The notes beneath the pieces are model-generated. The model had not been told where the DNA came from. It ran no database searches and saw only the letters and a program-made list of their open reading frames with translations. Below are positions 39,344-49,177 of a stretch of 64,000 nt of DNA, piece by piece. Source of the stretch: Candidatus Delongbacteria bacterium. Lineage in GTDB: Bacteria > CAIWAD01. The translations under genes and the position numbers were made by a program. How positions within the stretch are numbered: position 1 is the first letter of the stretch; every line of letters starts with the position of its first letter. The stretch is from contig OY760505.1 of NCBI GenBank assembly GCA_963663545.1, positions 2,208,001-2,272,000 on the forward strand, in the 5' to 3' direction.

Positions 39344-42283
39344 ATGCGCAGAACGTTCCCCCTTTCTTCGCTGTTGCTTTGCCTGTTATTGCCAGCCCCT
39401 GTTTTGCACGCCGAGTGCAACGTTCCACGAGAGCTGAGTATCGCGTGGACTCAAGGCGCAGCTGATCTCGAATGGCATGCTCATTACAAAGAAAGCCGCT
39501 GGCGAGTGGAAATCGCCGCCGATTGTGCTTTCTCAGAGCTTCTTTGTACCGCCGAAGTTGAAAGTGCGCACTACACCTACTTTCACGATGATCTTGGTGT
39601 ACGCAGCGCTTTCTTTCGCGTTTACGGCATTGAGGCCACCGCAGCAGGCGATGTGATTCCCATCGAGGATTTTGAATGTGATTACAGCATGACGAGCTGG
39701 GGTGAGGAAGACCAAGAGCCCCGAGCCTGGGACTTTGATAGTGATGAAGTGTATCACGGTGAGCGTAGCTTGCGGCTTTTTGGTAACACAGTAAAAAGCC
39801 AGCCGTTCTGCTCCGATAGCCTTGGTTTGAACACAGTGTATCGTGTTGCAGCGCGTTGTAGTGACACAGCGGATCGCCAGATGATCGGCTTCGCGGACAG
39901 CAGCAATGTGCTCTGGTATGTGCTGTGGGGGACTCTCGGCGGCTATCCGGATAGCCCTGGGCAGGGTCTGCAGGAAACCGTGACCACGTATCAGGGCTGG
40001 TTTCCGCGCAACGAATGGGCCGAGATCCTGCTGCCGGTTGGCAAGGATTGGGCGGGGAAGTACGGCTACTACCCTGTTTTGAGCACGATTCTCTGGGCAA
40101 ATGAGTGTGATACAAATGATGGTGAAGTGCGCTTCGATCAGCTCTGCGATGTCACCGGTCAGCAGTCGTCATGTCCATTGGTTGAACCTGCTGCAGACGA
40201 TCTTGAGGTCGTCGTTGACAGTGTTCGCGTACGCTTGTGGAATACGACGCCTTCAGACAGCGTGACACATGTCTGGACGACAAGTCTTGGGCAATGTATC
40301 ACAGGGGATGATGTGCAGTTGATGGTCCCCGTATCACCGGCACAGCGAGTCATTCTGTGCGCCTATGCCGAAAACGGGGCTTCGTCTGTGTCACAAGCGA
40401 TAGATCTTCCGGGAACCAGTGGCGAGGCGAATGACGATTACTATCTGGGCTTTGGTGGCGATGTGATGACGGCGCGCTGGTACGAGACAAGCGGCTTCAT
40501 CAGCAATTTTGGCGTGGATTCCATCTATGCGGGGGTGCGGCCGTTCTTTGAGTCCATGGATTTGATGATGGTGAATCTGGAGTGCCCCTACACCAACGCT
40601 AGCGTACATCATCCGACCAAGTCCATCTACTTCAAAGCGAATCCGGCCAACCTGGTCGGTGTGCGCAATGCAGGCATCGACTATGTGACTCTGGCCAACA
40701 ACCACGCCTTTGACTATCTGCTGCCCGGTATGCTGGAAACTATGAGCGGACTGGACACGCTAGGCGTGATACACAATGGCTGTGGTCGCAATGAGGCAGA
40801 GGCATTGCGTCCGGTGGTGTTAGGAACAAAAGGCCGACTGTTCGGCCTGGTTGCCATGAGCGATCGTACAGGCAACTACAATAACTACCAACCCTATCTG
40901 GACGCCGGTGCATCACGACCGGGGTTTGCGCTCTGGAGTCGCGCCAACATGTTGGCCAGCATTCCCGACTTGCGAGAAAAGGTGGATGTGCTGATTGTGC
41001 AGGTGCACTCCGGCAACGAGTATTCCAGCGCACCCACGCTGCGGCAGATGGCCGAGTTTGAGGACGAGGATTTTCCCTTCGATCCCAATCTGCGCGGATT
41101 GTTGCCCACGCGCGAGCTGCTCCCCGGCGATAGCGAGCGGCGTATTCGACAGGAAGCCATCGACATGGGCGCGGATCTGGTGATCACACATCATCCGCAC
41201 ATTCTGCAGGGCGTCGAGTGTTACAACGGTGGCCTGATCGCCCACAGCCTTGGCAATCTGATCATGGATCTGAGCTACGCTGAAACACAGGTGACGGCGG
41301 TGCTTGAAGTGAACAGTCGGCAGCCTGCAGGAAACGCCTTCGCGGAGCCGTATCGTATCACGCCCGTGTTCATTCGCAACAACCTTCCCGTGATACTTCA
41401 GGGTGGACAGGCGCAGGGCGTGATGCGTCACATTGCACGCATGTCCTGGGAGGGCTTCGACACTTCGGTGCTCCTGGGCTACGATTACGCAGCGAGCGAA
41501 GCCGCCAACTGGTGCTGGGCGCTGCCAGCGGGCATCTACTGCGAAACGCTTGTGGTCAATCCCGCGACGGTCAACCTGGAGTTTGTGCAGGAAGAAGAGA
41601 GCTGGATTTCTGCTCCCGTCTTTTTCCCGGAAGGCAATGCGGAAGACCTGGACCTCTCGAATCTTCCCGACAGCATCGAAGTGCGTTTTGGCCGCGACCT
41701 GGAGTGGTGGGGCAACATGGAAGACGAGGGCTTCGTCACCTGGGATATGAATTCCGAGAACGAGGAATTCACCGATGCCCAGGCGTATCACGGCGAGCGC
41801 AGTTTGTATCACCACATTGGAGCTGGCTATGTGGCCACCTACTTCGTCAATCGTTGGCCGGTGGATGGCACGGCACAATACACGCTGGCGGGTTGGATCA
41901 AGACGGATACTGCGAGCGCTGCAAGTGTCGAGATGCGCTGGTACAATCATCGTACCGACGGCTCGCCCTTCGCAACACAGGCTACGGACGATCTAACCGG
42001 CACGAACGACTGGACCTACTGCTGGAAGAACCTGGACAGTCAGCCGGGTGCGACCTTCTACCAGTTGCGCTTGATGACGGAGTCCGCTTCGAGCAGTGCG
42101 GAAGCCTGGTACGATGACGTGCAACTGATCGAGTGGGACGAGTGGCAGACGCCAGCCACAGATGTCGTTTACATGCCGGTTGGCGGTGACTGGCACGTTG
42201 TCCAGTTCCGCTATGGTCAGCAGCTGATCAACGCGACGGTGCAAATGAGCTCGGCGTACTTCACGACCGAGGAATCCGATTGA
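39344..42283 (+). CDS. Secreted CapA-family metallophosphoesterase-like protein flanked by beta-sandwich (CBM-like) domains
   Basis: GDVM, NLECP, LANNHAFDY, VHSGNEY, HHPHILQ, HSLGNL; signal peptide; AYHGERSL...YTLAGWIKT...AWYDDVQL. Confidence 0.85.
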   Translation: MRRTFPLSSLLLCLLLPAPVLHAECNVPRELSIAWTQGAADLEWHAHYKESRWRVEIAADCAFSELLCTAEVESAHYTYFHDDLGVRSAFFRVYGIEATAAGDVIPIEDFECDYSMTSWGEEDQEPRAWDFDSDEVYHGERSLRLFGNTVKSQPFCSDSLGLNTVYRVAARCSDTADRQMIGFADSSNVLWYVLWGTLGGYPDSPGQGLQETVTTYQGWFPRNEWAEILLPVGKDWAGKYGYYPVLSTILWANECDTNDGEVRFDQLCDVTGQQSSCPLVEPAADDLEVVVDSVRVRLWNTTPSDSVTHVWTTSLGQCITGDDVQLMVPVSPAQRVILCAYAENGASSVSQAIDLPGTSGEANDDYYLGFGGDVMTARWYETSGFISNFGVDSIYAGVRPFFESMDLMMVNLECPYTNASVHHPTKSIYFKANPANLVGVRNAGIDYVTLANNHAFDYLLPGMLETMSGLDTLGVIHNGCGRNEAEALRPVVLGTKGRLFGLVAMSDRTGNYNNYQPYLDAGASRPGFALWSRANMLASIPDLREKVDVLIVQVHSGNEYSSAPTLRQMAEFEDEDFPFDPNLRGLLPTRELLPGDSERRIRQEAIDMGADLVITHHPHILQGVECYNGGLIAHSLGNLIMDLSYAETQVTAVLEVNSRQPAGNAFAEPYRITPVFIRNNLPVILQGGQAQGVMRHIARMSWEGFDTSVLLGYDYAASEAANWCWALPAGIYCETLVVNPATVNLEFVQEEESWISAPVFFPEGNAEDLDLSNLPDSIEVRFGRDLEWWGNMEDEGFVTWDMNSENEEFTDAQAYHGERSLYHHIGAGYVATYFVNRWPVDGTAQYTLAGWIKTDTASAASVEMRWYNHRTDGSPFATQATDDLTGTNDWTYCWKNLDSQPGATFYQLRLMTESASSSAEAWYDDVQLIEWDEWQTPATDVVYMPVGGDWHVVQFRYGQQLINATVQMSSAYFTTEESD

Positions 42284-42558
42284 ACAAGGGGCTACGGGGC
42301 GATCCATCTGGGTCGCCCCAGAGTCTGTCGGACTTGCCCTTTTGCGGTCTTCATCACCTCCGACAGACTTTCGCGGTACTCTTTTCTGAGTGTTTGGAAC
42401 TTGTAAGTATTACCTTTGATCATCGTGGGATGAATATGAGTATGGTGTGGTTATTGTAGTTGCCTGCCCCTGTTTATGCTCAGCATCCCCAGATTCAGCC
42501 ATTTTAGCGGATTCCCGCTGTGATACATGATTCGTTGTGATAAGTACTGGAGGAGCAC

Positions 42559-43587
42559 ATGGCTCGTGTTATGATGTTTGTGGATGGAACCTGGTTGTAT
42601 CAGAACATGTCCCGCCTGCTGGATTACACAGAGGATCGCAACTACCAGATCGATTACAGCAAGCTGCCCAAGGCCATTCTGAACGAGATGGCCATTCAGC
42701 AGCCCGGGCTGCACCTGGAGTACGTGCGCGGTTACATGTTTGGTGCCTATCCGGTGAAAGTGGATCCGCTGGACGAGGGGCTCAGTCTGCGGCAGCGTGA
42801 CTTTTACACGCGACTGCGCGAAGAGTACTTCTACCATGTGGAAACCTACCCCGTCAATTTCAAGGGACGGCGCATTCGTCGCAGCGATCGCGACCCGACC
42901 GATCCCTTCCACCCGCGTGAAGCCCAGGCCACGCTTTCGCTGGCTACGGCGGCGCTACACAATTGCTACCTGGATTCGTGTGACATCGCCGTGTTCCTGA
43001 TCGGCGATCGCGATTACAAGCCAGCCATACGTGCCATTCGTCGTCTTGGCCGTCGCACGGCCATCGTGAGCATTCGCAATGCCTGCACGCCGGAATTCGC
43101 CACGCCGCAGGATCGCACCCAGGTGGCCGATTTCGACACCATCTGGATGGACGATCTGGTTTCTGAAGTGCAGCTGGTGCACGAACCGCACATGCTGGAA
43201 TGCCAGGGTCCGGAACACATCGGCGACCGCATGGTGATGACCACCTACTATCCGCGTCCCGGCCAGAAATTCTTCTGCGACGCCTGCCGCGACGAGTACG
43301 AAAATCAGCGCCAGGAGCAGCTTGCGGAAATCGACGAGCGCCGCGAACGCGCCATCGAATCCGGCGATCTGGTGTTTGGTTGCGTGAAAACGGTGAAGAT
43401 GGACAAGGGCTTCGGCTTCATCACCGCCGACAACGGCGAGGACTACTTCTTCCACTATAGCGACCTGGCCGAGGGCCTGGAGTTTGGCGAGGATCTGGTG
43501 GACCTTGGCGTGAGCTTCTATATCGTCCGTGAGCCGAATGAGGGAAGGGCCGGCGCGGCGACTATGGTGCGGTTGGAGGACGAGTAG
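42559..43587 (+). CDS. NYN (LabA/DUF88 PIN-like) domain + Cys/His linker + cold-shock domain fusion
   Basis: MFVDGTWL, IGDRDYKPAI...GRR, ADF..IWMDDL; C....H...CDACR; KGFGFI...DYFFHYS. Confidence 0.85.
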   Translation: MARVMMFVDGTWLYQNMSRLLDYTEDRNYQIDYSKLPKAILNEMAIQQPGLHLEYVRGYMFGAYPVKVDPLDEGLSLRQRDFYTRLREEYFYHVETYPVNFKGRRIRRSDRDPTDPFHPREAQATLSLATAALHNCYLDSCDIAVFLIGDRDYKPAIRAIRRLGRRTAIVSIRNACTPEFATPQDRTQVADFDTIWMDDLVSEVQLVHEPHMLECQGPEHIGDRMVMTTYYPRPGQKFFCDACRDEYENQRQEQLAEIDERRERAIESGDLVFGCVKTVKMDKGFGFITADNGEDYFFHYSDLAEGLEFGEDLVDLGVSFYIVREPNEGRAGAATMVRLEDE

Positions 43588-43650
43588 TCTTCCTTCCAAC
43601 CTTCTTCTTTGATCGCTATCGCTGCCGACCGTGCCGGTCGGATCGGTACT

Positions 43651-43896
43651 CGGTATCGAGACTTTCCCTGCGAGGCGGTCTTGTCGCTGACGGCTGGCGT
43701 TTACTCGTCTCAGGTTTACTTCGTGTGTGATACAAATGGAGCGGGTGAAAGCCCGCTCTTTTCTTAATCGGTATCGCTATCGGTATCGAGACTTTCCCAG
43801 CGGGGCGGTCTTGTCGCTGACGGCTGGCGCTGATTCGGTCTTGGTTTTTCTTCTTGCGTGATACACAAGGAGCGGATGAAAGTCCGCTCTTTTTTT
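43651..43896 (+). repeat. Two tandem ~115-bp units (period 130 bp), each ending in a terminator-like hairpin
   Basis: CGGTATCGAGACTTTCCC(T/A)GCG(A/G)GGCGGTCTTGTCGCTGACGGCTGGCG at 43651 and 43781, each followed by GTGATAC and GAGCGGR-TGAAAG-YCCGCTC-TTTT. Confidence 0.9.
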
Positions 43897-44430
43897 CCTG
43901 CGCGGAAGGCGCGCTTCCTCTTCGCCTGCGGCGGGTGGAGAAGAAGCTACGCATTCAAGCTTGCTTGACTACGTGGCTCGTGGCCTCGCCCATTAGTATA
44001 CGCTCGCCTACTTGTTCACCGCCTAGCTGGGCATGAGACGGATGTGTGGATGGAACGGTGCAGCGTGTGACACTTTAAATGTTCCCCGAAAGGTTCCGAT
44101 CCGGGCGAGCGAAGTGTCCGACCACTAACTGAGTGCTCCACTCGGGAATAGTCTCATGGAGAATTGATAATAGGAAAGTGATAGTCAGTTTTCCTGGATG
44201 TCCTTGATTACTACCTTTGCAGGCCCAAACAGGTATCAAGCGAAGATATCTGCTTGAACGTGACCTGTAGATAGAAACACGCACTGGCTCCGGAAATGCA
44301 GATCAATGAATGGATTGGGGATGCCATTCTCTGCGTATTACCCGGAAAGGAGGCAAGCACGAATAACAGATCCGGTGCCTGATGCAAACGGTGCTACTTG
44401 ACTGGCACCTCCAAATTCTGGAGAATGCAC

Positions 44431-47400
44431 ATGCGTTGCATGAGATTTCCAGTCCGGTTCTGCCTTGTGCTACTGACAGTACTGATTCTTGCGGGAACGG
44501 GAGCAACACAGACTTTTTCAATTCTTCGATTCGAGGTTGATGGACGCGCACACGGCGTGTTTGAATGCGATCAACTTGAATTCTCATCCACTGCTGACCC
44601 GACCAATTTGTGCTATTCGCGCCAAGGAGAGCATTGTTCTGATTGGTCGACGGGTGTTTTAATGCCACGCAGTAATGCCTATCACAATTATACTCATGGT
44701 CGCATTGGTTCTACCGCCAGCGCCGTCGCTGAGTCAGGCTATGTCGAATACGACAACATTCCGGGCTACGGAAGAGTCTATTATCGTATTAGGTACTCGC
44801 GCTATAATTCGGGAACAGATGATGTTCGCATCTTCCTGAATGATGTGCAGGTCGGTGTATTCAATCCACAGAATACAGGGAATTGGAACAGCTTCAGGTG
44901 GTCTGACAGCGATTCTGGATGGTTCCAGCTGGACCTTCCTCCTCGACCGGAGTACGAGATTGTTGCATCTGTGACTGAAGGCGGTGAAATCACTCCTTCA
45001 GACACGCAGTTCGTGCCCGAGGGTGAGAACCTTTGCTTCAACATCAATGCAGACGATTGCTATCATCTTGCTTATCTGTATACTGATGGCGTGAGCATTA
45101 CACCGCTGACGAGTTATTATTGCTTCAATTCTGTTATTGCTGACCATACGATCCATGCTGAGTTTTCACGGGATCAGTATGAGATAACGAGTACGCTTTC
45201 CGCTGGCGGCAGTTTACAACCTGCCTGCCCATTCTTGGCATCCTGCGATACAACGGTCACTTTCTTGATACTGCCGGAGTCTGGTATGCAGGTTGACGAA
45301 GTCCGGGTGGATGGAGAGCTGCAAGAACCAACACCAGACTCAATTACTTTGTCAGGCATTCGCACAGGCCATAATCTGGCAATCAGCTTCTCTGCCATGA
45401 CATACACAGTCGATATCTCGTCCAACGAATTTGGAAGCTGTATTCCAGAGGGTGAGCAAATCGTTCAATGGGGCACTGATTTGAGTATCCAGTTCACTCC
45501 TGCTCCAGATTGTGAAGTGACAAGTGTATTTCTGGATGGGTATCCCCTCGTACCAGTGCCACAATCTGGGTATGTCATCGAGAATGTCACTGCTGATCAC
45601 ACTCTTGTTGTTGATTTCCGTGAGGCGAACATTGCCTATTTCCCGATCCTCATTGATGACTGTGACACACCAACTGACTGGGATTTGAATGCGCTGAGTG
45701 TTCCACATGGATTGGTTTACGGGAGCGCTTCCATTGGCAGGAACTGGGTTAATGAGTCGGCCTATTCCTTCTGCGTCAATTCTCATTCAGGTCTGCACAC
45801 CTACTTCGGACAGTGGGAAATGCTTATGGGACCGGATTCTGAGAATCAGAAAACAGATCTGTCCCAGATTTTATGGCCGGGCATCAAGGCTGAATACCAA
45901 GGTGAGATTCGCCAATTGTTGATCAAGGTTCTCGATGTCAGTAGTAGTCAGAGCAATACAAATCTGAGTCTGCGACTGGAGCTGAAATCATCAAACGGCA
46001 ATATCGTTGCATCCCAGACATGGAGCAACCTATTGCAGTTCGCTTATCCCCACACGTTTACAATGGAGCTGGATCCGACCTCCCTGGATGATGTGGAAAT
46101 GGTTGTCTGGGTTGCAGACAACGCCCTCGTTGGCGATTGTATCACAGTTGACCGATTAGCGTTCAATGCTGCGATGAAGATTGTCGACCCGGAGGTGCAG
46201 GCCTTTTTATGGAACTACAGCAACCTCATGTATAATCAGGATCCTGTGTCGGGGATGTTCAAGGATCGCAGTAACGCAGAGTTTGGAACATTTGAGAATG
46301 TGACCGCTACAGGAAAGGCCGCGAAGGTGACCGCACTTGCCTATGTGGCTGATATCATTGAGCAAGAAGTTGCCGAGCAGACTGTCGCCCTGATTGTTGA
46401 ATCCATACTGGCGCTTCCTAGAGGTCCAGTCGGTGTCAACCAGCTGGTGCCACACTTCACATGCGCAGGCGGAAGCACGATTTTGACAGGGACGGAATGG
46501 TCCACTGTGGATTTTGCTATGACAATTCTAGACTGCTATTTGGCACTGGAAATTCTAGGTGATCGCACAGAGGATCAGGACTCACTACTTGCTATGCTTG
46601 CTCGGATCGATTGGGCGGACTTGCTCGTCGAGGCTGATGGTAAAACATTTTTGTCTCACGGGTATGCAGCAGATGGCACTCTGCTTACTCCCTACTGGAA
46701 TCATTATGGCAATGAAACGCTTTCTGCGAATCTGGCGATGGCGGCGTGCACTGGGCATCTACTGGCTATGGAGGGTCCACCTTGTTTTGGCGGAAGTGCA
46801 TTCATTGAATTCGCTCGTGTCCCGATTCTGATTGACGGTACTGACCGGTACGGCAACAATCATTGGCAAACGCGTCGGGAGCTTCTCGAATCCCAACTGA
46901 GCTGGTATCAACAGCCAGAGAACTACAATCCATTTCTTGTTTCCGCGCACCTGAGTGGCCTCTCTGCTGCTGAGAATGCTTTGATTTCGAGAGGTGTTTC
47001 ACCCGCAAACGCATACAAGGCCTACGGCATTGGCGGTTCGGGTGGCAATGCGATTGATGGTGATGCGAGCGTGATTGTAGGTCACTTCTCGGGTTTGATT
47101 GCAGCAGACAGTCTTGATGCTGCACTGCAGATCTGGGAATCTCTTCGTGACTGTGATGCGAGTGCACTTGCAGGTGAGATTCTGGTTTCACCGTGGAACA
47201 CCTTGGAATCCATGTCTGTGGATCCAGCCACAGGTAACTGCGTGGTCAATAGACTGCGGGGATCTTGGAATCTTGCACTTGCTTGCGATGGTTGGATTGT
47301 GATGCTGAGTCAGGCCAACGATGCGTTGACGGCTGCTGTACAAAGCGCAGAACCCATTCAGCGAGCGCTGAACGCCCTTTACTTCGACCATGAGACACCA

Positions 47401-47730
47401 TTGAAATCGCTAGTCACCATTGAGATGCAACAAACAGATATGGTCCTCAACTGGGATACCCAGACGATTTACGGTAATTCTGCGACACAGGATGTTGCGG
47501 ATTATGCCATTTTCTACTCGGAACACTGCTATGATTCCGATAGCGATTTCTACTTCCTGACAGTTACTGATACTACAACTTTCACGCATGAAAGAGTGGT
47601 CGAATTCAGTGAGATCATGTGTTACAGGGTGATGCCACTTTCAACAGCGGAGCGGGAACGACTGGAGGCAAATCCCCTCCTGGGATCAGCGTCGATGTCT
47701 GATATCAGAGAATTTCTTCATAGGAACTGA
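44431..47730 (+). CDS. Large secreted protein: CBM-like domain, three divergent InlB-B-like repeats and a glucoamylase-like (GH144-like) (alpha/alpha)6 domain
   Basis: Signal peptide; GGEITP/GGSLQP/FGSCIP repeats ending HTI/HNL/HTL; KDRS...VTATG, LVPHF, EWSTVDFA, RIDW, LSHGY, WNHYGNE. Confidence 0.65.
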   Translation: MRCMRFPVRFCLVLLTVLILAGTGATQTFSILRFEVDGRAHGVFECDQLEFSSTADPTNLCYSRQGEHCSDWSTGVLMPRSNAYHNYTHGRIGSTASAVAESGYVEYDNIPGYGRVYYRIRYSRYNSGTDDVRIFLNDVQVGVFNPQNTGNWNSFRWSDSDSGWFQLDLPPRPEYEIVASVTEGGEITPSDTQFVPEGENLCFNINADDCYHLAYLYTDGVSITPLTSYYCFNSVIADHTIHAEFSRDQYEITSTLSAGGSLQPACPFLASCDTTVTFLILPESGMQVDEVRVDGELQEPTPDSITLSGIRTGHNLAISFSAMTYTVDISSNEFGSCIPEGEQIVQWGTDLSIQFTPAPDCEVTSVFLDGYPLVPVPQSGYVIENVTADHTLVVDFREANIAYFPILIDDCDTPTDWDLNALSVPHGLVYGSASIGRNWVNESAYSFCVNSHSGLHTYFGQWEMLMGPDSENQKTDLSQILWPGIKAEYQGEIRQLLIKVLDVSSSQSNTNLSLRLELKSSNGNIVASQTWSNLLQFAYPHTFTMELDPTSLDDVEMVVWVADNALVGDCITVDRLAFNAAMKIVDPEVQAFLWNYSNLMYNQDPVSGMFKDRSNAEFGTFENVTATGKAAKVTALAYVADIIEQEVAEQTVALIVESILALPRGPVGVNQLVPHFTCAGGSTILTGTEWSTVDFAMTILDCYLALEILGDRTEDQDSLLAMLARIDWADLLVEADGKTFLSHGYAADGTLLTPYWNHYGNETLSANLAMAACTGHLLAMEGPPCFGGSAFIEFARVPILIDGTDRYGNNHWQTRRELLESQLSWYQQPENYNPFLVSAHLSGLSAAENALISRGVSPANAYKAYGIGGSGGNAIDGDASVIVGHFSGLIAADSLDAALQIWESLRDCDASALAGEILVSPWNTLESMSVDPATGNCVVNRLRGSWNLALACDGWIVMLSQANDALTAAVQSAEPIQRALNALYFDHETPLKSLVTIEMQQTDMVLNWDTQTIYGNSATQDVADYAIFYSEHCYDSDSDFYFLTVTDTTTFTHERVVEFSEIMCYRVMPLSTAERERLEANPLLGSASMSDIREFLHRN

Positions 47731-47736
47731 CAACTC

Positions 47737-47765
47737 TTGGGAGGCGCGCATTACGCGCCTCCCAA
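47737..47765. terminator. Strong hairpin after the glycosidase-like gene
   Basis: TTGGGAGGCGCG-CATTA-CGCGCCTCCCAA, perfect 12-bp stem. Confidence 0.6.
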
Positions 47766-47884
47766 TTTCCATGACTATTGTGGCATTGGATGAGCTGAAG
47801 GTCCGGGTAAACTTGGATGGCATTGCCGCGCTTTGGTCGCATGGCGTGCTTGCCATGACGAATACGAGAGCCAGCGACAGGCGC

Positions 47885-48390
47885 TGGCCATCCCCCGCTT
47901 TTTCGATCCACTTATAATGCGACTCACCCTACCTTGCATCCAAGGAGGTTTTGCCACGCTCAAGAGTCGATTCAGCGAGCAGCAGATTTCAATGTGCTAA
48001 AGGAAGTGGAAGCTGGCGCGGCCATTGCTGACGTGTGCCGCCGGACGGGGATATCTGTGGCTACCTTCCATCGCTGGAAGGCGAAGTACGAAGGGTTGGA
48101 GCTGTCGGAGCTTCGGCGGATGAAGTCGCTGGAGTCCGAGAACGCCCAGCTAATGCGCCTATTAGCTGACACCTTGCTCGAGAAGAACACGCTAGAGGAA
48201 CTGGTCCGGAAAAAAGCGTGGGGCGATCCCAGCAAAGGGACGCTGTGATCGCCTTGATCACGCTCGGACTAAACGAGCGTGCTGCATGCCGTTTGGTTGG
48301 AATGTCCCGAAGCACGTACCGGCATCTTGCCAGCGAAAGTGAACTGAACCGGACTCTACGCTGCATTGCCAGTTCCCACATCCGCTTGCT
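47885..48390 (+). pseudogene. Decayed IS3-family element (left IR, frameshifted orfA, truncated orfB)
   Basis: TGGCCATCCCCCG... end; AAGGAGG RBS before ACG (mutated start); KSRFSEQQI then frameshift to VLKEVEAG...GISVATFHRWKAKY; AAAAAAG slippage site at 48210-48216; orfB ERAACRLVGMSRSTYR with no DDE domain. Confidence 0.85.
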
Positions 48391-49177
48391 CGCATTCGGA
48401 TGTGCTAGTAGAGGGATCCGGTGGCTGCATGGCTGAAGAATCGAGGGCCGATTCTTTGTCTTTTCTTCGACAGCTTATCCTGAAGGTGAGGAGGAGACTT
48501 CTCGCGAATTCGCAGCGCTGCGCGAGCGGCTCAAACCGAATGCGAGAAATCTCCGAGGTGTCGAGCACGCAGTACACAAGCGCCAAAGGCGCGATCGATC
48601 ATAACCTGGGGCAGCGCCCCAGGTGGATGCCAGCTAGCCGTGCGGATACACATGCCCCAGGGGATATCTGCACACCCTCATGCGGGACACTCCTACGTTC
48701 CAGATGGAAACTGCCAGACTGAGCGGGAAAGACTGAAGGGGCATTCATTAAACCTCACAGAGCAGGGACGCTATTCTTCGTCTAGTTTGCCAGCTATCGG
48801 TAGGAGTGAGTCAGTGTTCACTAGTCGTGGCGAAATGGGGTGTGCGGGCTGTGTCCTGTCATGTTAACTCCACCCCGTTAAGTACGTAGCTGTTGTCAGG
48901 ATAAGAGATTAACAGGGACAGCTCAAGGACTTGGGCGCTCAGCTAACAAGTTCGATTTCGAGTGTCGGTCTTTCTTTACAAGGATGTGTTTTCCCTTGTT
49001 CTACCTATGCAGGATATGCGATCTTGGGTCCGTGCTTGGCTGGATACACAGGAAATCAGCAATGCGAAGAGCGGACTTAACAGGACCAAGAGAAGTGCGG
49101 AAGGGCGGGATAACACGGTCCGTAGAATCAGATGTTATACGCTGTAGCCCAGCCCAGACTTTACATGGAGAAATGAA

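Noticed and set aside
43651..43896. CRISPR array or c-di-AMP riboswitch interpretation of the tandem repeat
   Set aside because: Only two long units with related middles and no cas genes; only a short CCGTCAGC match to the riboswitch
43940..43960. CTACGCATT match to tRNA-Thr as an island attachment-site duplication
   Set aside because: Only 9 bp, does not include the tRNA 3' end, expected by chance
48390..49090. Integron integrase, or a MITE from the imperfect inverted repeat at ~48846-48924
   Set aside because: No IntI motifs seen; the inverted repeat needs several gaps and no target duplication is evident
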